DNA from: a virus
Lineage: Duplodnaviria > Caudoviricetes
IMG/VR virus record: IMGVR_UViG_3300023222_000045
Coordinates: 1 to 35,618 of that record
Direction: 5' to 3' (one strand)
DNA: 35,618 bases
Below the pieces are notes generated by a model, which saw nothing but the letters and a program-made list of their open reading frames with translations, did not search any database and had not been told where the DNA came from. Every line of letters starts with the position of its first letter. Position 1 is the first letter of the stretch. A program made the translations under genes and the position numbers. Below are positions 8,412 through 17,166 of the stretch, piece by piece.

Positions 8412-8744
8412 TTAATTTAATAGCCAGTTTTTACCTGTGGTTATACTATTTGCAAACTCTTCCGATTCAATAAGTGTTTCAAAGTATTTTGTAGTACTAA
8501 TACCACCCTGTAAATACATTGTAACTTCTGGTTTTTCGAATACAATTCCATCTTTTATTACATGGTTTTCAGGGGTTTTAATTCCTTTGGAAACAAGACC
8601 TCCAAAACTCTTGTAAACGCCTTCCTCGCAGCTGTCTTGCCAAAAATACTTTGCTTTTTTCTCTTTCATAAAGATATAAGAAGTTGAAGGGTGAAAATCA
8701 TATACTCTTACTTTTACTAACTTGTCTAAATTATATTTATTCAT
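8412..8744 (-). CDS. Hypothetical protein
   Basis: ORF. Confidence 0.7.
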   Translation of the reverse strand: MNKYNLDKLVKVRVYDFHPSTSYIFMKEKKAKYFWQDSCEEGVYKSFGGLVSKGIKTPENHVIKDGIVFEKPEVTMYLQGGISTTKYFETLIESEEFANSITTGKNWLLN

Positions 8745-8783
8745 AATCTTTATTTTATTGTTTTACGTTTTAGTTATTGTTAG

Positions 8784-9206
8784 TTAATTAAGTTCGTAGT
8801 TACTAACTATATCGTATAGTTCATCCTTAGCCCCGTTAAATAAGAACCCGTATTCTTCATCTATTTTAATAGCAGCAATTGAAACCATTTTATTTAAAAT
8901 AACCTTAGTAGGCTTTTTAGTGCTATACATGGTGATAAAAACACCGTTCCCAAAATAATCTTCTTTTGTTTTTATCCTTACAGATATATCGTTTAAGTAA
9001 GTTTCATGAGAGTCTCTTCTTTGTTTCTTTTCTCTTTTATAATCAAAAGTTCTAAACCAATCGCTATTTATACACACCTTATATTTAGATATACCTATTA
9101 TTTTATACTCATTTATTGTTACACCGTTTTTATATAAATCACTTTTAGCGTTTATAACTTTGTTTACGGTGATTTCCCAAACTTTTTGATTTACTGATTC
9201 TTTCAT
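8784..9206 (-). CDS. Hypothetical protein
   Basis: ORF directly downstream of an operator-containing promoter. Confidence 0.75.
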   Translation of the reverse strand: MKESVNQKVWEITVNKVINAKSDLYKNGVTINEYKIIGISKYKVCINSDWFRTFDYKREKKQRRDSHETYLNDISVRIKTKEDYFGNGVFITMYSTKKPTKVILNKMVSIAAIKIDEEYGFLFNGAKDELYDIVSNYELN

Positions 9207-9230
9207 TTTATTTTAGTTTTAAATTCTTAC

Positions 9231-9262
9231 GCAATATACATAAATATATTTATATACACAAC
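9231..9262 (-). promoter_or_regulatory. Promoter with palindromic operator, copy 2
   Basis: Same 20-bp core; -7 element TATATTGC. Confidence 0.75.
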
Positions 9263-9263
9263 A

Positions 9264-10274
9264 TTAATATAATATTTCTTTGTTGTCTCCAAATGCTTGG
9301 TCTAGTGAGGCGGTGGGTATTGGCTTTGATTCTTTTAATTCTAGTATATTGTATTTACTCACTAAACTACAGACGACATTTTCCTCCCTATGTCCTGGTG
9401 AGTTCCTCATAAATATACTTATACGTGTTGGACTCCACTCTATAATTATAGGGTTGTCTCTTTCTGTTTGATCGCCTCCAGTATGCTTATTTCTTACATG
9501 CTCAACTCTTAGCTCATTTTCTGAACTTCCCGCCTCTCTATGTATAGCGCAAGTATTATGAGCTTTATTTAAGAACCATCCACCCTCTGCTTGGTAACTA
9601 CTTACCGCACCCTCTTGTCTTTGCCCGCTCATGTTCGGGTGTTGTGTTATATGTACTGAGCAAACAGTTTTAGCGAATTTCAACAACTCTAAACTAGCAG
9701 CCACACCATCAGCATAACCATTACCCGTATCTTGCCAACCGTTTTTAAATGAGTTAATAGGGTCTAAAAGTAATCCATGCACATCTATACCGTCATCTAT
9801 CAACCCCTTACACACCTCTGTAGCTGTTTTAATATCATCTACTTCAATAAATATAAAATGTTTGTCCAACCAATCACTAGCTTTATTATAACGCCTTAAA
9901 TCGCTTCTTTTAACGTCTCTTGCAAATTCACCTAAAAGTAAGTTCATTAAATTTAACTTCATACTCCAGCTGCTGTTTTCCTGAAAAGCAACCGCCCAAA
10001 TTAAATCATTAGATATACTAAATAATAATTGCAATATTTGGTATATGGTTGTTTTACCTTGCCCCTTCTTACCTGTGACAATATAAAACTCATTCTTTTT
10101 ACTTACAAAATGGTTGTCTAAGGTATGTATACTGCTTTTAAATCCTTGTGGTATCTTACCCGTTATAAAGTCGTCTAAGTCTTGATTTATTGAATTAGAA
10201 TTAACTATATGATCCTTGTAGTTAAATTCACTTTCTATGTACTCGTTGTCTAGTTTTATTAATGGTCTACTCAT
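9264..10274 (-). CDS. DnaB-like (SF4) replicative helicase ATPase domain
   Basis: Walker A TGKKGQGKTT, Walker B LLLDP, HITQHP motif, downstream of initiator. Confidence 0.75.
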   Translation of the reverse strand: MSRPLIKLDNEYIESEFNYKDHIVNSNSINQDLDDFITGKIPQGFKSSIHTLDNHFVSKKNEFYIVTGKKGQGKTTIYQILQLLFSISNDLIWAVAFQENSSWSMKLNLMNLLLGEFARDVKRSDLRRYNKASDWLDKHFIFIEVDDIKTATEVCKGLIDDGIDVHGLLLDPINSFKNGWQDTGNGYADGVAASLELLKFAKTVCSVHITQHPNMSGQRQEGAVSSYQAEGGWFLNKAHNTCAIHREAGSSENELRVEHVRNKHTGGDQTERDNPIIIEWSPTRISIFMRNSPGHREENVVCSLVSKYNILELKESKPIPTASLDQAFGDNKEILY

Positions 10275-10275
10275 T

Positions 10276-10737
10276 TTAACTGAATCTATTTAATGCTTCG
10301 TTAATCATTTTGTCAAGTTGCTTTGTACACTCTTCCAAGGTATATTTTTCTTCTAACTCTTTTAGTATATCTTCTTTAGGAATATTTTTATTTTCAACTA
10401 CTCTCGTTATATTATTTCCCTGCAACTCTTTATGAAATGCGCTGTAATAGTTTTTTAAAGGTAAATCTAATAATCGGCTAACCTCTTTTTGTGGTATGTC
10501 ATCAAACACACTCGCTTCAAAATACCTAATTGATTGGTTAAGATTGTAAATATACAGCTTTGCAAATAGTTGATTGTTTTTTATGGTTCCGTCTTGCTGC
10601 CTATTCATCCACGAAATAAGAACGTTTAAAGAATCTATATCGCTTTGATTAGGTGTAAATGGTTTTTTACTTGTAAACCTCCATGCCAATCTATTTATGG
10701 CTTTATCTGTATTGTATTTATTGGTTTGGGTTTCCAT
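10276..10737 (-). CDS. Hypothetical protein in replication module
   Basis: ORF overlapping the initiator 3' end. Confidence 0.75.
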   Translation of the reverse strand: METQTNKYNTDKAINRLAWRFTSKKPFTPNQSDIDSLNVLISWMNRQQDGTIKNNQLFAKLYIYNLNQSIRYFEASVFDDIPQKEVSRLLDLPLKNYYSAFHKELQGNNITRVVENKNIPKEDILKELEEKYTLEECTKQLDKMINEALNRFS

Positions 10738-11326
10738 AATCTATCTTTTTAATTTTTACTATCTTTTTAATATCCTGTAAGTTTAGCCAATTAGTGAAAT
10801 GTGATTTAAAGTCTTTTATGTTTTTCTTTTGCTCACTTGTTCTGATTAAATGCTTTTCGTATTCGTCAAGGTATTTTATAACAGTATCAAAGTTTGTTTT
10901 AGTTTGCATTGCTGTTATCTCCATAAACTGAGAATCAGATAAAACTATTTTTTTATAATTACTGTTATCTATTTTAATAGATATATCTTTATCTGTATCA
11001 TTATCTGTATCATTATCGGCATTTCTGGTACTTTTGGTATCCGACTCTATGCGGTCGCATTCTTTGGTATCTTTTTTACCCCACCTTTTTAGAGCGTTTT
11101 CGCTGTTGCGTTTACGTACAGATTCGTACTTTTGCAAGTCTCTCTTTAGTTGGTTCTCTATTGGTTTCCAGGCTGTTAGAATTAGCCTATCAGTTAAAAC
11201 AGGATTCATATCGTTTACGTATTCAAGTAAATGCTGGAATAATATACCCTTTTCTTCATTTGTGAAATGGTCTATTGATTTTATTATATCACAATATATT
11301 AGAAATGATTTTTTATCTTTAGCCAT
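10718..11326 (-). CDS. Replication initiator / replisome organizer (DUF6291-like N-terminus)
   Basis: KKSFLIYCD...GILFQHLLEY, ENALKRW, low-complexity DNDTDNDTDKD linker, HFTNWL C-terminal motif. Confidence 0.7.
   Translation of the reverse strand: MAKDKKSFLIYCDIIKSIDHFTNEEKGILFQHLLEYVNDMNPVLTDRLILTAWKPIENQLKRDLQKYESVRKRNSENALKRWGKKDTKECDRIESDTKSTRNADNDTDNDTDKDISIKIDNSNYKKIVLSDSQFMEITAMQTKTNFDTVIKYLDEYEKHLIRTSEQKKNIKDFKSHFTNWLNLQDIKKIVKIKKIDYGNPNQ
10981..11080. repeat. Short direct repeats in initiator linker (possible origin/iterons)
   Basis: TTATCTGTATCA x2 and TGGTA-containing repeats x3. Confidence 0.35.
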
Positions 11327-11499
11327 TACGTTAAAGAATTACCGTAGTTAATCTTTATAATAGTTATAGCTAATGCTATTAAACCTAACTGTTTCCACCA
11401 TGCTTTAGAGTGTATTTTATGATCTATATTATCATTAAAAGCATAATATATTAAAAGTATTGCTGCAATTTCAATTAAAAATCTTACTATTGTTCCCAT
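11326..11499 (-). CDS. Small two-TM membrane protein (57 aa)
   Basis: MGTIVRFLIEIAAILLIYYAF...QLGLIALAITIIKI; its TAA overlaps the initiator ATG. Confidence 0.6.
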   Translation of the reverse strand: MGTIVRFLIEIAAILLIYYAFNDNIDHKIHSKAWWKQLGLIALAITIIKINYGNSLT

Positions 11500-11510
11500 A
11501 ATATTTAATA

Positions 11511-11610
11511 CAAAAAACCTTATAAATCCTGTAGCTTCCGACTTCTACATTCATTATAAGGCTTATGTTAATATTGTTAAGTTGCTATAATGTCGAAAGG
11601 CAACTACATC
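11511..11610 (-). ncRNA. Structured leader with two hairpins, complementary loops and U-tract (attenuator-like)
   Basis: GUUGC/GCAAC and CCUUAUAA/UUAUAAGG stems; loops CUUUCGAC and GUCGGAAG can pair; TATATTTG promoter at 11612-11619. Confidence 0.55.
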
Positions 11611-11625
11611 GCAAATATACGATAA

Positions 11626-11892
11626 TTATTTACTTGAGCAAGTTAATTCTTTATATAATTCAATAGCTCTCTTTTTCTGGTCTTCTGGAATATAGGTATA
11701 TTGACCGTACCAATTGCCCCCTTTTGGGTGTATTCTTTCCATTTCTATATCCCATCCTAGTTTTCTAAGTATTCTTATATACTCAGGTAGTCGTGTTATT
11801 CTGTATAACTCTATAGCTTTCCAAGATGTTATCTTCTTATGTACTCTTAAGTAGCTTTTAATCTGTTGTAGTTGTGTTTCGTTGTGTTTCAT
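11626..11892 (-). CDS. Winged helix-turn-helix protein
   Basis: ITSWKAIELYRITRLPEYIRILRKLGWDI pattern typical of small phage wHTH proteins. Confidence 0.7.
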   Translation of the reverse strand: MKHNETQLQQIKSYLRVHKKITSWKAIELYRITRLPEYIRILRKLGWDIEMERIHPKGGNWYGQYTYIPEDQKKRAIELYKELTCSSK

Positions 11893-11902
11893 AATTTAGT
11901 TT

Positions 11903-12340
11903 TTATTTGTTAATGATTCTATTTTTATACTCTTCTAACTCGGTTTCTATAGCCTTTAATGTGTCAGCGTCAAAGTATTTGTTTATCTGTTTTAGAAACT
12001 CCTTTTCATACTCTGAGAATTTGTGTTCCCCCATTGTTTTGAAACTAATGCTCTGGGCTGATATCCTTGTTGCTCCATCAACGCAAACATACATATCGTA
12101 ATATCCTGCTCTTATTGTAAAATCTTCTCTTAAACGCTCTAGATTAGGATAGTTGTGTTGGCAGTTGTCGTATATCATCATTAAGCGTTTAAAAAATAGA
12201 TTATGATGCTTAACGTGTCTTTTCTTTTTATTAACTTCTGTGGTAAGATAATCACCCTCTTGTACGTTTTTAAATGCTTTGTAGTCAGATTCAAAAGCTG
12301 GTATAATTTGTCCTTTGTGTTTTATGGTTGTGAATTTCAT
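11903..12340 (-). CDS. NinB/DUF1367-like protein
   Basis: RHVKHHNLFF...TIRAGYY...AQSISFKTMGEHKF pattern. Confidence 0.6.
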   Translation of the reverse strand: MKFTTIKHKGQIIPAFESDYKAFKNVQEGDYLTTEVNKKKRHVKHHNLFFKRLMMIYDNCQHNYPNLERLREDFTIRAGYYDMYVCVDGATRISAQSISFKTMGEHKFSEYEKEFLKQINKYFDADTLKAIETELEEYKNRIINK

Positions 12341-12358
12341 AGTGATTTAATTAAAAGT

Positions 12359-12426
12359 AAAGGTGTAATACTATGCTTTACCCTCCTTTAAAGCGTGTTT
12401 AAATTTAGTTTCAGCATTACACCTTT
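12359..12426. other. Long intergenic inverted repeat
   Basis: AAAGGTGTAAT/ATTACACCTTT 11-bp arms with inner GCTTTA/TAAAGC stem. Confidence 0.5.
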
Positions 12427-12428
12427 CT

Positions 12429-12986
12429 TTATCGTTTGTTAGATCGTAGCGCATTAGTTAAGTTTTTTTTATAAAAGACTCTACGAATGTAATCGATATG
12501 CTTACCTCTAGTGTTAAGTAAATTTCCACTTAAATCTCTATAGATATATAATTCCGTATCGTACTTAAGAAACCTATGTATTGTGCTATGTACATTAGGT
12601 GAAATTTCTATTACATCTTTAGCGTGCATAGGGTTATAACTCCAATGATGTAGGTGGTTTCCTTTAGTTTGTGGTTTTAACTCACTTGATAAGTTTTTAG
12701 CTTTTATTTTTTCTGGATATTTTAGCCTATACTTATCCATTGCTTTCTTTTTAGATTCATAACTAGGCTTGTGTTTTTCTTTATAATTTAACCTATAGTA
12801 TTTATCTCGATGTCTTTTTCTTTCAGATTCTAATCCCTCTGGAGTTGATACTAAAAGATCAGTTATTTTCTTAGTGTCTTTCTTAGTGCAGTCTTTACAT
12901 TTATTTAAATGACCATCTGCCATTTGTTTATGAATATAGAAACTACCTATTGATTTTTCAATATTACATTTAAAACATACCTTCAT
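12429..12986 (-). CDS. HNH homing-endonuclease-like protein
   Basis: N-terminal CxxC...CxxC zinc finger, HLHHWSY...HSTIH motif; own TATCTTTG promoter (13013-13020). Confidence 0.7.
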   Translation of the reverse strand: MKVCFKCNIEKSIGSFYIHKQMADGHLNKCKDCTKKDTKKITDLLVSTPEGLESERKRHRDKYYRLNYKEKHKPSYESKKKAMDKYRLKYPEKIKAKNLSSELKPQTKGNHLHHWSYNPMHAKDVIEISPNVHSTIHRFLKYDTELYIYRDLSGNLLNTRGKHIDYIRRVFYKKNLTNALRSNKR

Positions 12987-13044
12987 TCCTTTAGTGATTT
13001 AATTAATAATAACAAAGATATGTTTTAAAACGGTAATAAACTAA

Positions 13045-13392
13045 TTAAAACGGTAAATCTTGAGGTTCTTGTGATTCTATTTGACTTACTGGCTGGTCAA
13101 CTGGTGACTCATTAGCCTCCACACTTTCAATTCTCCATCCTTGTATTGAGTTAAAATACTTCGCAACACCTTCAGGGTTTATCCATTCCCGACCTCGTAA
13201 ATTTATAGAGACCTTTACGCTGTCGCCTACATTGTATTTATCTAGTAAGTCGCACTTATCCTGTACAAACTCAATCATAATCATTTGCGGGTATTTCTCG
13301 TCCGTTGTTACTACTAATTCTCTTTTACGGAATCCACTTGCTCCAAATGTTGCCGTTTCTCCAATTACTTTAATTACTCCTATTACTTCCAT
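13045..13392 (-). CDS. Single-stranded DNA-binding protein (DUF3127-type)
   Basis: FRKRELVV...YPQ...INLRGREW...YFNSIQGWRI, acidic tail ending DLPF. Confidence 0.85.
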   Translation of the reverse strand: MEVIGVIKVIGETATFGASGFRKRELVVTTDEKYPQMIMIEFVQDKCDLLDKYNVGDSVKVSINLRGREWINPEGVAKYFNSIQGWRIESVEANESPVDQPVSQIESQEPQDLPF

Positions 13393-13396
13393 TTAT

Positions 13397-13645
13397 TTAA
13401 TTTATTAGTCTATTTGTTATATTGTTTTGTTCGCTCCTTATATCTTTGTTTCTGTTTTCCTGAAGCAATATTATAGATTCCCCAAACTGCTTAATGTATA
13501 AGTCTATTTTTTGTATTTCTTCGCTTATGTCTGAGCATTTTATAATACTTAAAAGATACTTCTTTGTTTTCTCTGCATCCTCTAACGACTTCCTAAGCAT
13601 TATTATAGGTGCGTACTTTGTGTACATTGCTATTGTGTTTTTCAT
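13397..13645 (-). CDS. Hypothetical protein
   Basis: ORF. Confidence 0.65.
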   Translation of the reverse strand: MKNTIAMYTKYAPIIMLRKSLEDAEKTKKYLLSIIKCSDISEEIQKIDLYIKQFGESIILLQENRNKDIRSEQNNITNRLIN

Positions 13646-13671
13646 TGTGTTTAGTTTTTGTATCTTTTAAG

Positions 13672-13941
13672 CTACAGTATTAAAAGAATAGCTCCTTTTT
13701 TTATATATGGAGTATATCCGCAATCTTCCCATTCGTCCCCTTCTTCATCAACTCTAATTTTCATTTCGGCTTCTGTAATTAATTCTGAAGGATCTTCATC
13801 TTCTAAATAATATAAATCGGTATCGCTTCGTTTAATTCTATCAACACAAGATGATGTGAATTGACTTGTGACAATTAAATTACCTTCCAATTCTTTTTTT
13901 GGCAGAGTGTTCAAAAAATCTCTTAATTCTAATAGTTTCAT
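13672..13941 (-). CDS. Acidic hypothetical protein
   Basis: ORF. Confidence 0.7.
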   Translation of the reverse strand: MKLLELRDFLNTLPKKELEGNLIVTSQFTSSCVDRIKRSDTDLYYLEDEDPSELITEAEMKIRVDEEGDEWEDCGYTPYIKKGAILLIL

Positions 13942-13988
13942 ATTTTTTATTTGTTTTGCGTAGGATTCAACCTACTGTTTTGTTGATT

Positions 13989-14019
13989 AAAAAAAGCCTC
14001 GCACTCTTACGAGGCTTTT
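13989..14019 (-). terminator. Intrinsic terminator (possibly bidirectional)
   Basis: AAAAGCCTCG/CGAGGCTTTT stem with T-tracts. Confidence 0.75.
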
Positions 14020-14219
14020 AAATATTGCCCCAGATTACTATTATTCATCCTTTAGGCGACTTTGTAGACTTAACTACAGTTTTATAATTAATGTTAATCC
14101 TATTGCTATCATTATTAACAACCCTAGTATTACGTGAAATAGTTTTAATTGTCTTCTTTGTTTCATGGTGTTAGTTTTTATAATAACCCTTAATTAGGTT
14201 ATTGGTTTTTGATATTGTT

Positions 14220-14447
14220 TTATGTAATTTGATTCGGTTTGTGATGTTTGTTTATGTAATCATACTTAGCGTTCTTTGCTCTTTTCTCTTCCTTTACAAG
14301 TGCTTTAAATGCCTTATCGTTGTCGTACATTTCCTTAGTGTCTAGTATTATATTATCGCTTACCTTTTCTGCATGGTGTTCTATATGCGAAAGAATCCAG
14401 GAGTAATACTCGTCCGTTGCCGTGAACGTTATAGACACCCTAGGCAT
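14220..14447 (-). CDS. Hypothetical protein
   Basis: ORF overlapping the upstream gene. Confidence 0.7.
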   Translation of the reverse strand: MPRVSITFTATDEYYSWILSHIEHHAEKVSDNIILDTKEMYDNDKAFKALVKEEKRAKNAKYDYINKHHKPNQIT

Positions 14448-15009
14448 TTAACTTAGCTTTTAATTCATTTGTTAATGGCGTCATATCTTTTTTCTCTGTT
14501 CTTGACAACGATAAGAAAGTAGTTTCTAGCTCTTTTAATGTTTTACACGCTTTTAATTTTTCGCTTGGCGTAATGACTTTGGTTTGCTTTTGTGTTTCTT
14601 TTACAAAATCTTCGCTTTCATCTTCTCCGAAAACACCAAGCTCATAGAATCCTGTAATCTTTAAAACAACTCTAGACATTGCTCTTTTTTCTGCCATCTC
14701 CATAATATACCAGGTAGATGTATTTCCTTGCTCATTCCATCCGCCTTTACCTCCTTTAGCTGTAGCATCCCATTCCTTAGCTCCATATTTAGAGCTTCCA
14801 AATGTTTGTACTTTTAATTCTCCTTTTGTACCTGTTGCCTTAACTACACAAAATTCTGGTTCTACTTTTACAGCGTCAAAATGTATCTGTATTTTTTCGT
14901 GTGCCTGTATCTTATCAATTCCAGTTCTTGTAATAATAGTATAATGCTTATGCTGAAACCAGTCTTTTTGTTCTAATCCGTATTTCTTTATTTTTTCAGG
15001 TATACCCAT
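14440..15009 (-). CDS. Conserved phage protein, possible single-strand annealing recombinase
   Basis: IITRTGIDKIQ...EMAEKRAMSRVVLK...GEDESEDF; located upstream of SSB; function inferred. Confidence 0.5.
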   Translation of the reverse strand: MGIPEKIKKYGLEQKDWFQHKHYTIITRTGIDKIQAHEKIQIHFDAVKVEPEFCVVKATGTKGELKVQTFGSSKYGAKEWDATAKGGKGGWNEQGNTSTWYIMEMAEKRAMSRVVLKITGFYELGVFGEDESEDFVKETQKQTKVITPSEKLKACKTLKELETTFLSLSRTEKKDMTPLTNELKAKLNA

Positions 15010-15030
15010 TTCGTTTAGTTTTAAATAGTT

Positions 15031-15252
15031 TTACTTTAATAGTTCGTTAGGGTCTACATTTAGTATGCGGCACATAACATTTATTAGCTCTATTGCTCTT
15101 GGTGGTTTTCCTGCACCGCTTCCTTTGTAATTTTGTAAAGTGTGATAATCAACTTTAATACCCTCTTTTAGTATTTCCTTTTGAAGCCAGACTAATGTCT
15201 TTCCTTTATCCTTTAATATTTTATCTAGGTCTAATACGTTTTGTTTACTCAT
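15031..15252 (-). CDS. XRE/Cro-like HTH transcriptional regulator
   Basis: 73 aa; LDKILKDKGKT...INVMCRILNVDPNELL matches the XRE pattern. Confidence 0.75.
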   Translation of the reverse strand: MSKQNVLDLDKILKDKGKTLVWLQKEILKEGIKVDYHTLQNYKGSGAGKPPRAIELINVMCRILNVDPNELLK

Positions 15253-15266
15253 GTTATTTATATTTA

Positions 15267-15590
15267 TTATATGTATATAATTATTTCGTCCTCTGTGCTT
15301 TCATCTGTGTCTATTTCAAACGTTCCAATAGGTATGTCGGTAATTTTTGCAATCACAAAAGACCTTAACCTATCGTCTTTATTGTTATGTGTAGTTTTAC
15401 ATACAACACCTTCTCTGTCAATTGTAGGAACTGATAAAATCAAAAAATCATTACCATTAGTACTATAATTAATTTCTACTTTAACATATTCGTTTTTAAA
15501 CATTTCATGTCTAGAGTATATTACCCTCTTATAACGTAAGCTATTGTCTTTGTTGTTTATATAAATACAATTAATAATATCTTTACTCAT
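15267..15590 (-). CDS. Hypothetical protein
   Basis: ORF. Confidence 0.65.
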   Translation of the reverse strand: MSKDIINCIYINNKDNSLRYKRVIYSRHEMFKNEYVKVEINYSTNGNDFLILSVPTIDREGVVCKTTHNNKDDRLRSFVIAKITDIPIGTFEIDTDESTEDEIIIYI

Positions 15591-15682
15591 GCTCTTGTTG
15601 TGTTCTTATTAATACTTGTTTAATTCCGTTCTTGTTATATTCGTGCTTTATGTAGATACCCATTGGTGTGGGTGTCCAGTTG

Positions 15683-15811
15683 TTATACTCCTGTTTCATT
15701 GTCGTTGTCTTTACAATAATGGGTTTCATCGTCTTGGTATTCATCACCGCATAAACAACACGATACTATACCTGTGTAGTTTGAGGGGTTTCTTGGGTCG
15801 TGGTTAAACAT
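15683..15811 (-). CDS. Small Cys-containing protein (42 aa)
   Basis: MFNHDPRNPSNYTGIVSCCLCGDEYQDDETHYC...; overlaps neighbours. Confidence 0.45.
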   Translation of the reverse strand: MFNHDPRNPSNYTGIVSCCLCGDEYQDDETHYCKDNDNETGV

Positions 15812-15947
15812 GTCGTTTATTTGATATTAGTATAGTTTCTTCTATAATCGTTTTCTTTAAGTCTTTTAACTTATTGTGTAGCCAAATTTGATTCCCCGTG
15901 CTTGATTTGTCAATTAATAGCTGTAATTTTTCAAGTGATTTATTCAT
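15804..15947 (-). CDS. Small hypothetical protein (47 aa)
   Basis: MNKSLEKLQLLIDKS...; first gene after operator promoter copy 3. Confidence 0.55.
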   Translation of the reverse strand: MNKSLEKLQLLIDKSSTGNQIWLHNKLKDLKKTIIEETILISNKRHV

Positions 15948-15967
15948 TGTTATAGTTTTAAGATGCT

Positions 15968-15998
15968 GCAATCTACATAAATATATTTATATACACAA
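15968..15998 (-). promoter_or_regulatory. Promoter with palindromic operator, copy 3
   Basis: Same 20-bp core; -7 element TAGATTGC. Confidence 0.72.
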
Positions 15999-16010
15999 GG
16001 TTTATCTTGT

Positions 16011-16664
16011 TTATTTTAAACTAAGTATTATTTCTTCGCAAAGTTGCTGAGGTATTAACGATCTCTCGTAGCTTCCTTTTTTACCCTGCGTTCCTGTTTT
16101 CGCTCCACGCCTTGCGCTTTCATGGTGACAATGTTTGTCTATTATTTCGCCAGTTTCTTTATTGTATTTGTAGTTTCGGCACATTCGTCTAGGATTCCAC
16201 GTTTCTGAATTAGTCCATATATCAGTTGGCTTTGCTCTATCGTCTCCATATTGACAGTACCAAACGGTATGTCTTTTTAAATCTTTCATCCATGGCATAT
16301 GTCTTAACATGCCCCTGGGGTTTTCTATAAAGAATATAAGATTAGGGTTTTCTTGCATCCACTCTGATACAACTTTCATCCAATGCTGATTAATACTATC
16401 ACAGTCTTTAGCGTATACGCTTTTAGCTGTTTTGTCTGGGTGTCTATGTGTTGAACATGCTGCTATACTGTAAGTAGTACAATCTGGAGAAGCCCAAACA
16501 ACATCTGGAATAAATGGTATATCTTCCATTTTCAACTCTCCTATATCAATACTTAAATCTATATTTTCGTACTCTGCCCAATCAACGCTAAAAACATTTA
16601 ACCCCTGTTTTTCCGCTTCTTTTCCTACACTCCTTGAGCCTGCAAATAATTCTACTAAATTCAT
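16011..16664 (-). CDS. Orphan DNA cytosine-C5 methyltransferase-like protein
   Basis: Motif I ELFAG, motif IV WASPDC, motif VI IENP. Confidence 0.8.
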   Translation of the reverse strand: MNLVELFAGSRSVGKEAEKQGLNVFSVDWAEYENIDLSIDIGELKMEDIPFIPDVVWASPDCTTYSIAACSTHRHPDKTAKSVYAKDCDSINQHWMKVVSEWMQENPNLIFFIENPRGMLRHMPWMKDLKRHTVWYCQYGDDRAKPTDIWTNSETWNPRRMCRNYKYNKETGEIIDKHCHHESARRGAKTGTQGKKGSYERSLIPQQLCEEIILSLK

Positions 16665-16740
16665 ATTGTTTATTTTAATTTAATGCTACTCCCTCTGGAT
16701 AGTCCGCTAGTTGATCCCTTGTTAACCAGTCAACACTATT

Positions 16741-16863
16741 CTACCTCATGTAGTAGATAATGCTTTTAACGTGTTCTGTAGGGTATTGGTAGAACCAACA
16801 ACTCAATGTTACCTGTCTTTCCTTTTCGGTTATTTTCATACCGTGGTAGTCTATGTTTTCCAT
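16741..16863 (-). CDS. Small hypothetical protein (40 aa)
   Basis: MENIDYHGMKITEKERQV..., AAACTAAAG leader. Confidence 0.4.
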   Translation of the reverse strand: MENIDYHGMKITEKERQVTLSCWFYQYPTEHVKSIIYYMR

Positions 16864-17166
16864 CTTTAGTTTGTGTGTATTATTATTCCGCTGTACTTAG
16901 CTTTGTTTAACTTTCCTGTGTGTATGTTTGTGAACTCCAGTAGAAAATTTAATCTGCTTGGCAGTATCTGCTGTACGTCTACGCAGTATTTAAAATATGA
17001 TATGCCGCTATTTACTAACATTGTAGTTTTAATTGAATTGCTTTATCTGATAATCTATTAAACTCCTTTAAATGAGTCTTGCATACATTCGCCCCTATTG
17101 TATTTAACATTTGTGCGTAAACCTCGTCTCTATCTTGATTTAGTTTTTGTATTATAGCTTTCATAA

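Noticed and set aside
14021-14080. Ribozyme or riboswitch upstream of the terminator
   Set aside because: Only short weak stems and no recognisable consensus
15031-15252. Lysogeny module
   Set aside because: HTH gene present, but no integrase, partition genes or divergent cI/cro arrangement recognised
16675-16863. TAG read-through / amber recoding (frame stays open 21 codons after the TAG at 16741)
   Set aside because: TAG serves as a normal stop elsewhere (7528, 13672, 14440, 27222), long genes are uninterrupted and no suppressor tRNA is seen; chance or a point mutation suffices
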